Notes under the pieces: generated by a model | What the model saw: only the letters and a program-made list of their open reading frames with translations | What the model was told of the DNA's origin: nothing | Database searches by the model: none | Source: an uncultured bacterium | Lineage (GTDB): Bacteria; Planctomycetota; UBA1135; UBA2386 | Direction: 5' to 3' | Length of the DNA: 64,000 bases | Assembly (NCBI GenBank): GCA_937952215.1 | Contig: CALFZH010000056.1 | Location: 16,425-80,424 of the forward strand | Shown: piece by piece, positions 30,143 to 38,603 of the stretch | Layout of the letters: the number at the start of each line of letters is the position of its first letter | How positions within the stretch are numbered: position 1 is the stretch's first letter | Made by a program: the position numbers and the translations under genes

Positions 30143-30532
30143 ATGGAAATCGTCGGCAAGAAGAGCCAGGGCCTGTCGGTCACGACGCTCAAGGATGACA
30201 AGACCGTCATCATCACGTTCAACGATCGCAGCCTGAACTTCTACGTCACGGACTCCCTGAAGGAGTCCTTGAAGGAGACGGTCAACGGCAAGATCGAGGA
30301 AGGGTACCAGCACTTCGTGCTGAACCTCGACAACGTCAAGATCATCGACTCCTGCGGCGTCGGCTTGATCATCGTCGCCAACAACGTGACGTCGTCGCGC
30401 AACTGCAAGCTCTACCTGAGCAACATCAAGCCGTTCATCGTCAAGATCTTCGAGATCATGCGCATCAGCAAGCACCTCGCGATCTTCGAACGCGAGGACG
30501 ACGCGCTGCAGGCGATCAAGAACCCGAAGTGA
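30143..30532 (+). CDS. STAS-domain protein (anti-sigma-factor antagonist family, SpoIIAA/RsbV-like)
   Basis: 129 aa. The sequence HFVLNLDNVKIIDSCGVGLIIVANN matches the STAS phospho-serine loop (DSxG). I counted 218 G+C in 390 nt (55.9%), yet nearly all third positions are G/C. Confidence 0.88.
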   Translation: MEIVGKKSQGLSVTTLKDDKTVIITFNDRSLNFYVTDSLKESLKETVNGKIEEGYQHFVLNLDNVKIIDSCGVGLIIVANNVTSSRNCKLYLSNIKPFIVKIFEIMRISKHLAIFEREDDALQAIKNPK

Positions 30533-30600
30533 CTCCAGGGTGATGCGGCCCGCGGGCCGCGATCACCGGAGCAGACGGTGGGCGGAGGCTGCAGGTCGCG

Positions 30601-31683
30601 ATGGGCCAGATCACGGACATCATGGATGGCGTCGTGTTCGTCGATCGCGGCGGCGCGATCGCGATGCTCAACGCCGCGGCCGAGGACCTGCTCGGCGCCA
30701 AGGCGTTCTGCTCGATCGGCCAGCCGTTGTCGGCGCTGCCGGGGCGAGCCGATCTCCTGGCCGCGATCGTGGCGGACCACGCCCGCATGGCGCAGGAACG
30801 CGAAGCGTCACGCACCGTCGAGGTGCACGCCGACGCGCACGATCTGCTCTACATCCGCTGCGACACGCGGGTCGTCAACGACCACCTCGGCCAGCCAGCC
30901 GGCGTGTTGACCGTGTTGCGCGACGTCACGGCGTCGTTCAAGTCCGACCAGCTCCGCAACCAGTACCTGTCGATCGTCGCCCACGAACTGCGCACGCCGC
31001 TGACCGGCATCAAGACGTTCGCGACGATGATGACGAAGGGGCGGCTCGGTCCCCTTGGCGAACGCCAGCAGGCGGCCTGCGAGTCGATCCGTGAACAGGC
31101 GATCCGCCTCGAGCACCAGATCGACAAGCTGATCAACCTGGGCAACCTCGAATCCGCCGACTACGGCCAGGATCGCGAAGTCTGCACGGTCGCATCGCTG
31201 GCGAACGGGCTGCTCGAACCGTTCGAGCAACCGGCGCGTGGGCGCCACATCGAGCTGACGCTCGCGGTCGAGGGCGGTGACGAGAAACTCGACGCCGATC
31301 GGTCCGGCCTGCGCCGCGCCTGCCAGGCGCTGGTCGAGAACGCGGTCAAGTTCGCCCGCGACGGTGGCCGGGTGGCCGTTGCCATCGAGCGCTCGGGTGA
31401 CGACCTGCGGTTCCGGGTTCGCGACGACGGCATCGGCGTCGATCCGCGCTACCACCGACGCATCTTCGAGAAGTTCTTCCAGGTCGAGGACCCGCTGACG
31501 CGCCACCACGGTGGCGCCGGCCTCGGTCTGTTCGTCGCCCAGGGCATCGTCGAGGCGCACGGAAGTCGCATCGAAGTCTCCAGCCAACTGGGCCACGGAG
31601 CCGATTTCTCCTTCAACCTGCCGCTGCAACGGCAGGGCCGAGCGGCTGCGGCCGCGTCCGCAGCCACGGAGCAGAGAGCATGA
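30601..31683 (+). CDS. Cytoplasmic PAS sensor histidine kinase
   Basis: PAS-like N-terminus (VVFVDRGGAIAMLNAAAEDLLG), H-box IVAHELRTPLTGI, and HATPase_c motifs ENAVKFA, DDGIGV, GAGLGL. Its stop overlaps the response-regulator start. Confidence 0.9.
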   Translation: MGQITDIMDGVVFVDRGGAIAMLNAAAEDLLGAKAFCSIGQPLSALPGRADLLAAIVADHARMAQEREASRTVEVHADAHDLLYIRCDTRVVNDHLGQPAGVLTVLRDVTASFKSDQLRNQYLSIVAHELRTPLTGIKTFATMMTKGRLGPLGERQQAACESIREQAIRLEHQIDKLINLGNLESADYGQDREVCTVASLANGLLEPFEQPARGRHIELTLAVEGGDEKLDADRSGLRRACQALVENAVKFARDGGRVAVAIERSGDDLRFRVRDDGIGVDPRYHRRIFEKFFQVEDPLTRHHGGAGLGLFVAQGIVEAHGSRIEVSSQLGHGADFSFNLPLQRQGRAAAAASAATEQRA

Positions 31684-32060
31684 CCACGCAACGAACCGTC
31701 CTGATCATCGAAGACGAGAAGCTGATCATCGTGTCCACGCAGATGGTCCTCGAGGCGGCAGGGTTCCGCGTCGAGTCGGCCACCAACGGTGAAGACGGCA
31801 TCGCCAAGGCCAAGACCCAGAGTCCCGACCTCGTCCTGCTCGACATCATGATGCCGGGCATCGACGGGTGGGAGACGCTGACGCGCCTGAAGAAGGAGAC
31901 CGCGACGGCCAACATCCCCGTGGTCATCTTCACCGCCCGCGAGCACAGCCGCGGCCATCAGAAGAGCGCCGAGATGGGTGCGGTCGACTACTTCCGCAAG
32001 CCGTTCGAACCGGACGAGCTGATCGACCTCGTCGAGAAGCACGCGGCCGTCAAGGCGTAG
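31680..32060 (+). CDS. Single-domain response regulator (CheY-like receiver)
   Basis: VLIIEDE, the phospho-acceptor context DLVLLDIMMPGIDG, and FRKPF. 126 aa with no output domain. Confidence 0.92.
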   Translation: MTTQRTVLIIEDEKLIIVSTQMVLEAAGFRVESATNGEDGIAKAKTQSPDLVLLDIMMPGIDGWETLTRLKKETATANIPVVIFTAREHSRGHQKSAEMGAVDYFRKPFEPDELIDLVEKHAAVKA

Positions 32061-32076
32061 TCACGCAGCCGCTGCG

Positions 32077-33330
32077 TCACTCGTGGCGCAGGGCTTCGAC
32101 CGGGTCCATGTTGGCGGCCCGCCACGCCGGGTAGAGCCCGAAGACGACGCCGACCGCGGCCGAGATGCCGAACGCGAGCAGCACGTGCGGCGGCTGCACG
32201 TCCGTCTGCTGCTCGAACCAGCGCTCGATGCCGTAGGGCACCAGCACGCCGAGGCCGACGCCGACCAGTCCGCCGAGCGCCGACAGCACGCCGGCCTCGA
32301 CCAGGAACTGCTGCACGATGTGCTTCTTCTTGGCGCCGAGTGCTCTGCGGATGCCGATCTCGCGCGTGCGCTCGGTCACCGTCGCGAGCATCACGTTCAT
32401 GATGCCGATGCCGCCGACCAGCAGGCTGATCGACGCGATCACCGCCAGCACGAGGTTGAACATGCGCTCGGTCGCCTCGGCCTTGCGCAGCAGCTCGAGT
32501 GGCACGGTGATCTCGATGTCCTTCTTGGCGCTGTGCACCGGGTCGCTCATCAACATGCGATCGAGCACCGCGGCCGCCATCTCGACGTCGTCCGTCGACG
32601 GCATCTTGACCTTGACCTCCTGCAGCTCGACGTTCTCGAAGCGGTTCGTCGACGGGTTGCGCACGGTGTCGCCGAAGCGCCTTCTCGAGCTGGTCAGCGG
32701 GATGAACGCGCATTCGTCGAGCGTCGTGCCGTTGGGCGACGCGGCGCGGCCCTGGCCTTCGAGCACGCCGACGACTTCGAAGCGATCCTCGATGCCGACC
32801 AGGATCGTCTTGCCGACCGGGTCCTCGAGCGGGAACAGGTTGCGTGCCAGCTTGTGGCCGATCACGCAGATGTTGGCCTGGTGTTGTTGGTCGAGTTCGG
32901 ACAGCCAGCGGCCCTCGTCGACCTTCATGTTGGTGACGTCGAGGAAGTCGACTTCGGTGCCGACGATGATCGTGCTGGTCCAGTTCTCGCCACGGATCAC
33001 GCCGCGCTGGAACTCGCGAACGCGCACGACCGTGGCCGTCGGCAGCAGGTTCTGGATGCGGTCGGCGTCGTGGTAGACCAGCCCGTAGCCGAGAATGCTC
33101 ATCGTGCTCGACGTCGACGACTGCTGGGTCTCTTCGGGCTTCTTGCTGCGGATGAGCACGTTGGTGACGCCCATCTCGCGGTACTGCCGCAGCGTCTCGG
33201 CCGAGGCGCCCTCGCCGACCGCCAGCATCGCGATCACCGAAGCGACGCCGAACAGGATGCCGGCGGTCGTCAGCGTGCTGCGCAGCTTGTGCAGCATCAG
33301 GCTCTTCAGCCCGAGCCGAACCATGCGCAT
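32077..33330 (-). CDS. ABC transporter permease (FtsX/MacB-type with periplasmic domain)
   Basis: Start MRMVRLGLKSLMLHKLRSTLTTAGILFGVASV. It has a large periplasmic domain and a C-terminal FtsX four-helix region (ERTREIGIRRALGAKK). It lies 11 nt downstream of the ATPase gene. Confidence 0.88.
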   Translation of the reverse strand: MRMVRLGLKSLMLHKLRSTLTTAGILFGVASVIAMLAVGEGASAETLRQYREMGVTNVLIRSKKPEETQQSSTSSTMSILGYGLVYHDADRIQNLLPTATVVRVREFQRGVIRGENWTSTIIVGTEVDFLDVTNMKVDEGRWLSELDQQHQANICVIGHKLARNLFPLEDPVGKTILVGIEDRFEVVGVLEGQGRAASPNGTTLDECAFIPLTSSRRRFGDTVRNPSTNRFENVELQEVKVKMPSTDDVEMAAAVLDRMLMSDPVHSAKKDIEITVPLELLRKAEATERMFNLVLAVIASISLLVGGIGIMNVMLATVTERTREIGIRRALGAKKKHIVQQFLVEAGVLSALGGLVGVGLGVLVPYGIERWFEQQTDVQPPHVLLAFGISAAVGVVFGLYPAWRAANMDPVEALRHE

Positions 33331-33341
33331 GGTGTCGCGGA

Positions 33342-34067
33342 TCACGTGGTACCCCTGCCGGCCGCGGCGCGGTTGTCGATCAACTGCTCGACCTGCCCGT
33401 CCTTCAGCCACAGCGTGTGGTCGGCGCGTTCGGCGACCTTCGGGTTGTGGGTGACCACGACGATGGTGACGCCGTCCGGCCGCAAGTCGTCGAACAGGTC
33501 CAGGATCTCCTTCTCGGTGTTGCTGTCGAGGTTGCCGGTCGCCTCGTCGGCGAGCAGGAAGAGCGGGTCGTTCATCAAGGCCCTGGCGATCGCGACGCGC
33601 TGCTGCTGGCCGCCCGACAGCTCCATCGGCTTGTGCTCGAGCCGGCCGCCGAGGCCGACGCGTCCGGCGAGGTGCTCGGCCTTGCGGCGCGACTCGGGGC
33701 CGACACGCCCCTGGTAGAACAGCGGGACCTCGAGGTTCTCGAGCACGGTCAGCTGCGGGATCAGGTTGAACGACTGGAAGATGAACCCGATTTCGCGGCC
33801 GCGCACGTCGGAGAGGTCGTCGTCGCTGAGGCGACTCACGTCGCGGCCGCCGACGCGGTACTCGCCCGACGTCGGGCGGTCGAGCCCGCCGAGGATGTTC
33901 AGCATCGTGCTCTTGCCGGATCCCGAGCGGCCCATGATCGCGAGGTAGTCGCCCTTGCGGACCTGCATCGACACGCCGTTCAGGGCCTTCACGACGTTCT
34001 TGCCCATCACGTAGTGACGGTGGACGTCGACGAACTCGGCGATGATCGGACGATCGGCTGCCGTCAC
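33342..34067 (-). CDS. ABC transporter ATP-binding protein (MacB/LolD-type)
   Basis: Walker A GRSGSGKST, Q-loop, signature LSGGQQQRVAIARAL, Walker B LFLLADEATGNLD, and H-loop VVVTHN. I favour a GTG start 48 nt inside the ORF-track ORF because it is preceded by GAGGGG and avoids a 38-nt overlap. ATG 34115 is the alternative. Confidence 0.9.
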   Translation of the reverse strand: MTAADRPIIAEFVDVHRHYVMGKNVVKALNGVSMQVRKGDYLAIMGRSGSGKSTMLNILGGLDRPTSGEYRVGGRDVSRLSDDDLSDVRGREIGFIFQSFNLIPQLTVLENLEVPLFYQGRVGPESRRKAEHLAGRVGLGGRLEHKPMELSGGQQQRVAIARALMNDPLFLLADEATGNLDSNTEKEILDLFDDLRPDGVTIVVVTHNPKVAERADHTLWLKDGQVEQLIDNRAAAGRGTT

Positions 34068-34077
34068 GGCGTTCCCC

Positions 34078-36189
34078 TCAGTTGCCGCGGCGACCACCGC
34101 CGTCCTCGCCACCATTGCCGCCGCGGCGCGGGCGCTCGCCGCCTTCGCCGCGCGCTCCGCCCATGCGCCGCATCAATGCGCTGAGCTTGTCTCTCTGCAC
34201 CTGGCCGGCGACGAGGTCGTTCTTGTCGAGCGCGGCCCGCAGGGCGGCGAGCGTCGTCTCGATCTCGTTGGCGGCTTCGCCGTTGCCGGCCTGGCGCGCC
34301 CCATCGATCATGCGGCTCATGCCGTCGAGCCGGTCCCGGTAGGCGGCGAGTTCGTCCGGCGTCATTTCGGCGAGCGGCTTGTTCATCGCGCCCATGCCAG
34401 TCCCACGGCGTGGCCCGTCGCCGCCGTTGGTCGGACCGTTGCCGTTGCCGTTGCCGTCTTCCTTTCCGTTGCCGGGCTGCGGTTTCAGAGGGGCCGGTTC
34501 GGGGGCCACCGGTTGCTCGAACTTCGGTTCGGGCACGCCCGCGGGCGCCAGCAGCAGCAGCACGTCGCCGCCAGCGACTCCATCGAGGAGCGCGACGCGC
34601 TCGGTGTTTTGGCGGCCGACCCGGACCGGCGTCGCCACCGGGCCAGCCGGCGACTTCTTCCAGACGTAGTTGACCGAGCGGTCGCGGAACACCGCCTGCA
34701 GCGGCACCGGCAGCGTGTCCTTCACCGTTTCCACGGAGATCGTCACGTTCGCCGCCATGCGGGAACGCAGGCGGCCGTCAGGGTTGTCCGAGTCGAGCTC
34801 GACCAACGTCGTGTAGACCTTGCGGTCGCTGGTCATCCAGCCGCTGTTGCTGTCGGCGACCGGTGCCACGCTGGTGACGCGCCCGGTGAACGTCTCGCCC
34901 TGGAACGCCTCGACCGTGACGTGGGCCGGCTGTCCGCGCATCACCTTGTCGACCTGCGCTTCCTGCACCTTGATGACGCAACGCATCTTGGTGGTGTCGG
35001 GCAGGATGATCATCTCCTGCCGTTCGCGCACCTGGACGCCTTCGCGCACCGCTTCGCCGCCGCCGCGGTTGCGGTCGATGCGTGCGTAGACCACGGTGCC
35101 CGGCGTCGGCGCCAGCATCACCGCGCTGTCGATCTGGCGCTTGAGGTTGTCGAGGCGCTCCTTGGCGAGCGTGAACTCCTTGGTCTTCGCGTCGATGTCG
35201 AACGCGGCCTTCTTGCGTTCGGCGTCGTTGCTCGCTTCGACGCGGTCGAGCTCGAGCGTCGCGTTCTCGAAGTCCTGCGTCGCCTTGATGCGCTCGGTGT
35301 GCAGCGTGTAGTTGATCAGCAGTTCGAGGTCGTTCCACGCGATCGTGACCTTCGACTGCTGGCTCTGCCAGGCGAGCTCGTCGCGCTCGAGCTCGTTGCG
35401 CGTGATGAACTTCTTCGCGGCGAGCCGGCGGCTGTGCAGCAGCGTGTCCTCCTTGACCTTGAGGTCCGCCATCGCGAGGCGGATCTGGTCGGCCTGCTGC
35501 AGGATCTTGTTGGCCATCTCGCCCATGTCGCGCGCGAGGCTCTCCGCCGCCGTCTCGCCCTTGCCGGTCAGCAGCTTCGTCGCGCGGTCCACGAGTCCGG
35601 CGTAGTTCGCCGGATTCACGCGCGCGGCGAGTCCGCTCGGCGCGGGCTCGGCGTCGTTTGCATCGGGCGGCGGCGTCACGAGCTCGCGCAGGCGCGTCAC
35701 CATGTCCGCGTTCTTGCCCTCGGAACCGTTGCCGTCGCGTGCGCCGAGCAGCTTCTCGCGGTTCATGCGCGCGATCTCGAGCTGCGACGTCGCGGTGTTG
35801 CGCTTCGTGGTCAGCTCCTTCTCGAGGATGTTCTGCTGCGTCCGCGCCTGCTCGAGCGAGCTCCGTGCCTTCTCGACCGCGATCTCCTGGTTCGAAGACT
35901 TCTCGACCAGCTCGCTGACGTCGAGCTCGACCAGCTTGTCGCCCTGCTTCACGACCGTGCCCTCGGGCACGATGAAGATGATCGTCGACTGACCCTCGAC
36001 TTCGGACCGCACGATCGTCTCCCGCAGCGCCTGCAGTTCGGCGTTCTCGCGCACCGTGATCGGCAGGTCGGCGACCTGCACCACGAACTGGTTGGGGTCC
36101 GGCGTGTTCGGCGCCGAGTCGCTGCACGCGGCCAGCAGCGCGGCCACGACCAGCAGGCGGCGATTCGATCGGGTTCTCACGTGGCTCAT
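34078..36189 (-). CDS. HlyD/MacA-family periplasmic adaptor lipoprotein with a long C-terminal extension
   Basis: Lipobox LLAAC. It has a biotinyl-lipoyl-like segment (VKQGDKLVELD), a very long coiled-coil hairpin, and beta-barrel/MP regions (APTPGTVVY, GETFTGRVTSVAP). An extra 143-aa Gly/Asn-rich plus helical tail follows. Confidence 0.88.
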   Translation of the reverse strand: MSHVRTRSNRRLLVVAALLAACSDSAPNTPDPNQFVVQVADLPITVRENAELQALRETIVRSEVEGQSTIIFIVPEGTVVKQGDKLVELDVSELVEKSSNQEIAVEKARSSLEQARTQQNILEKELTTKRNTATSQLEIARMNREKLLGARDGNGSEGKNADMVTRLRELVTPPPDANDAEPAPSGLAARVNPANYAGLVDRATKLLTGKGETAAESLARDMGEMANKILQQADQIRLAMADLKVKEDTLLHSRRLAAKKFITRNELERDELAWQSQQSKVTIAWNDLELLINYTLHTERIKATQDFENATLELDRVEASNDAERKKAAFDIDAKTKEFTLAKERLDNLKRQIDSAVMLAPTPGTVVYARIDRNRGGGEAVREGVQVRERQEMIILPDTTKMRCVIKVQEAQVDKVMRGQPAHVTVEAFQGETFTGRVTSVAPVADSNSGWMTSDRKVYTTLVELDSDNPDGRLRSRMAANVTISVETVKDTLPVPLQAVFRDRSVNYVWKKSPAGPVATPVRVGRQNTERVALLDGVAGGDVLLLLAPAGVPEPKFEQPVAPEPAPLKPQPGNGKEDGNGNGNGPTNGGDGPRRGTGMGAMNKPLAEMTPDELAAYRDRLDGMSRMIDGARQAGNGEAANEIETTLAALRAALDKNDLVAGQVQRDKLSALMRRMGGARGEGGERPRRGGNGGEDGGGRRGN

Positions 36190-36193
36190 GGGT

Positions 36194-37801
36194 CTATTCC
36201 GCGGGCTTCGACTGTGGCATCGGCAGGGTCGGGTCGAACCGCAGTCCGGTCGGTTCGAGAGCGATGGCCTCCAAGTTGTTCATCAGCTGCAGGCGCGCGA
36301 TCGCGTAGTCGACGGTCGCCGCGGTCAGGTCGAGCCGCGCCTGCAACAGGTCGTCCTTGGCGTCGAGCAGCTCCCGCGCCTCGACGCGGCCGGCGGTGTA
36401 GAGGTCGGTCTGGGCTTCGACGCGCTGGTTCGCCAGTTCGACGGCGAGCGTCTGGATGCGGTGGGTGTCGAGCGCGCTCTGGATGTCGCGCAGCGACGCG
36501 CGGACATCGGCCGCCACCTGGTCCTCGCTCGCCTCGCGCGAACGCAGCGAACGGTCCATCGTGATCAGTGCGCTGCGCAGCGCGTTGCGTTCGACGAGCT
36601 TGTCGAGCGCGAGGTCGAGTTCGAAACCGGCCGACCAGTTCACGCGCGACCAATCGAGGTTGAGGCCCTTGCCCGACTCGGCGGGGACGTTCAACGCCGC
36701 GGTGAAGTCGAGCGCCATGCCGAGCGCGTCCTCGGCGACCAGGATGCGGCGGCCCGCGTCCTCGACCTCGTCGACGGTCGTGCGATGGTCGAGACGCCGG
36801 GACAGCGCCAGCGCCAGCGCGTCCGCCTCGGCGATGTCGATCGCCTGCACGCCGGTCGCGACGAGCTTGTCGAGCTCGGCCGGGTCCAGATCGACCTGCG
36901 CGGCCACTGGCAGGCCGAGCGTCAACTTGAAGCGGTCCAAAGCCGATTGCAGCCGGTTCTTGGCGGCGACCCGCTGGGCATCGCCTGCGTACTGACTCTG
37001 CCGCGCGCGGCCGAGGTCGGTGATCGTCGCGCGGTCGGCGACGAACAGCTCCTGGATGCGTTCGCTGTCGGTCAGGATGCTCGCGTAGTTCGCCTCGACG
37101 TTGGCGAGGTCGGCGGCCTGGCGCACGACGTTCCAGTAGTCGCTGACGACGCCTGCCGCGAAGTCCGAACGGAAGCGCTCGAACGCCCGCATCGCGTAGA
37201 CCACGTCGCGTTCGGACTGGGTCAGCGGCTCGCGCACGATGCGCCGGCCTGCGCCGCGCAGCAGCGGCTGCGTCAGCGTCAGGTTCAGGATCGAGCCGCC
37301 GTCGAAGCTGCCGCCCGAGACGACCGAGCGCAGGAAGGTGTTGACGAAGCTGGCGACGACGCGCGTGCCGTAGACGCTGTTCGCCGCCGCCGACAGATCG
37401 GTGCCGAGGTTGACGTCGGCGGTCTCGTCGCTCTCGCCGCTGACCTCCGCCGAGCCGCCGCCGCCGAATCGCCACGCGAAGTCGTGCAGGCTCCGCGTCA
37501 GGTTCAACGCCGCCAGGTAGAGCTGTTCCTTCTGCGACTGGAAGTCGCGGCTGTTCTCGGCGGCGACGTCGAGGGCCTCGGCCAGCGACAGCCGCACCGG
37601 TTCCTTGCCGGCGACCAGCCGCTGCCGCAGCGTGTCGACGGGCCGCTCGACGGTGAACGGACGCGTGGCGCCCGTGACCTGCTGCGAGGCCGAGGCGAGG
37701 ATCGCGTAGACCTGCTCGTCGGCGGACTCCTTGCTGGCGCCGGGCGACCAGCAGGAGGCGGCAACGAAGTACAGGGGAAGGGCGAGTCGACTCGGGTTCA
37801 C
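36194..37801 (-). CDS. TolC-family outer-membrane efflux protein
   Basis: An N-terminal signal with Cys (YFVAASC) and two OEP-type repeats with long helical segments. It is the first gene of a TolC-HlyD-ABC-FtsX operon, with a 4-nt gap to the adaptor gene. Confidence 0.88.
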   Translation of the reverse strand: MNPSRLALPLYFVAASCWSPGASKESADEQVYAILASASQQVTGATRPFTVERPVDTLRQRLVAGKEPVRLSLAEALDVAAENSRDFQSQKEQLYLAALNLTRSLHDFAWRFGGGGSAEVSGESDETADVNLGTDLSAAANSVYGTRVVASFVNTFLRSVVSGGSFDGGSILNLTLTQPLLRGAGRRIVREPLTQSERDVVYAMRAFERFRSDFAAGVVSDYWNVVRQAADLANVEANYASILTDSERIQELFVADRATITDLGRARQSQYAGDAQRVAAKNRLQSALDRFKLTLGLPVAAQVDLDPAELDKLVATGVQAIDIAEADALALALSRRLDHRTTVDEVEDAGRRILVAEDALGMALDFTAALNVPAESGKGLNLDWSRVNWSAGFELDLALDKLVERNALRSALITMDRSLRSREASEDQVAADVRASLRDIQSALDTHRIQTLAVELANQRVEAQTDLYTAGRVEARELLDAKDDLLQARLDLTAATVDYAIARLQLMNNLEAIALEPTGLRFDPTLPMPQSKPAE

Positions 37802-37949
37802 AGGGCAGGCTCGATCGCGACCGCGGTCGCGTTCGTCGAGCCGGCCTATGTAGATGCGCCCCGCTGTTTTTTCTCCCCCGCGCGGCGACTGTTACTACGA
37901 TAGGACGGCTGGCGGTTTTGCGGCGTTCCTCGGCCGCTTCGACGGGGGC

Positions 37950-38603
37950 ATGGTCTCCATCCTGATCACGGCGGGTCCGACTCGCGAGTATCTCGACGAC
38001 GTGCGGTTCCTGAGCAATGGCAGCTCGGGGCGCATGGGGTGCGCCCTTGCCAAGGCGGCGCTGGCCGCGGGTCATCGTGTGACGCTGGTGCTCGGTCCCG
38101 TCGAGGTCGCGCCGCCGTCGGGCGTCGCCGTCGTGCCGGTGACGTCGGCGCTGGAGATGCAAGCCGCCGCCGAACGCGCGTTCGCTACCGCCGACATCGC
38201 GATCGCCGTGGCCGCGGTCGCCGACTGGCGGCCGGCGGTGCGCGTCGCCGGCAAGCCGGCTCGCGGACCCGCCGCAAGGCACCTCGAATTGGTGCCGAAT
38301 CCTGACATCGTCGCCGGGCTCGCGGCCAACAAGGGCGCGCGCACGGTGGTGGGCTTCGCCCTGGAGTCGGCATCGGCGGGCATGCCGGCGGCGATCGCCC
38401 GTGGGCGAAGCAAGCTGCAGAACAAGCGCCTCGATGCGATCGTCGTCAACCTTCACGACGCGATCGGCAGCACGCAGGCGCAGTTCGTCGTGTGCCACCG
38501 TGATGGCCGCGACGAGGCTCTGGGCCGGCTCGACAAGGACGCGGCGGCCGCGCGCATCGTCGCGATCGCCGTCAACATGGCGGCGGCGAGGGAATCGACG
38601 TGA
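37950..38603 (+). CDS. coaB: Phosphopantothenate-cysteine ligase (stand-alone CoaB domain)
   Basis: Start at ATG 37950 (MVSILITAGPTREYLDDVRFLSNGSSGRMG). Further blocks: AAVADWRP, VGFALES, KLQNKRLD. There is no N-terminal flavoprotein (CoaC) domain. The stop overlaps the ftsK GTG start. Confidence 0.85.
   Translation: MVSILITAGPTREYLDDVRFLSNGSSGRMGCALAKAALAAGHRVTLVLGPVEVAPPSGVAVVPVTSALEMQAAAERAFATADIAIAVAAVADWRPAVRVAGKPARGPAARHLELVPNPDIVAGLAANKGARTVVGFALESASAGMPAAIARGRSKLQNKRLDAIVVNLHDAIGSTQAQFVVCHRDGRDEALGRLDKDAAAARIVAIAVNMAAAREST

Noticed and set aside
30143-30532. The low-GC STAS gene as a recent horizontal acquisition.
   Set aside because: Third codon positions are almost entirely G/C, like the host genes. 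The GC drop is explained by amino-acid composition, and there are no flanking mobility genes or repeats.
37816-37831. A perfect 16-bp palindrome, CGCGACCGCGGTCGCG, just upstream of the TolC-like gene start, considered as an operator site.
   Set aside because: It is built from CG-rich self-complementary words (CGCG, CCGCGG) that are common in this composition. One such palindrome is expected by chance in 64 kb, and no regulator gene is adjacent.
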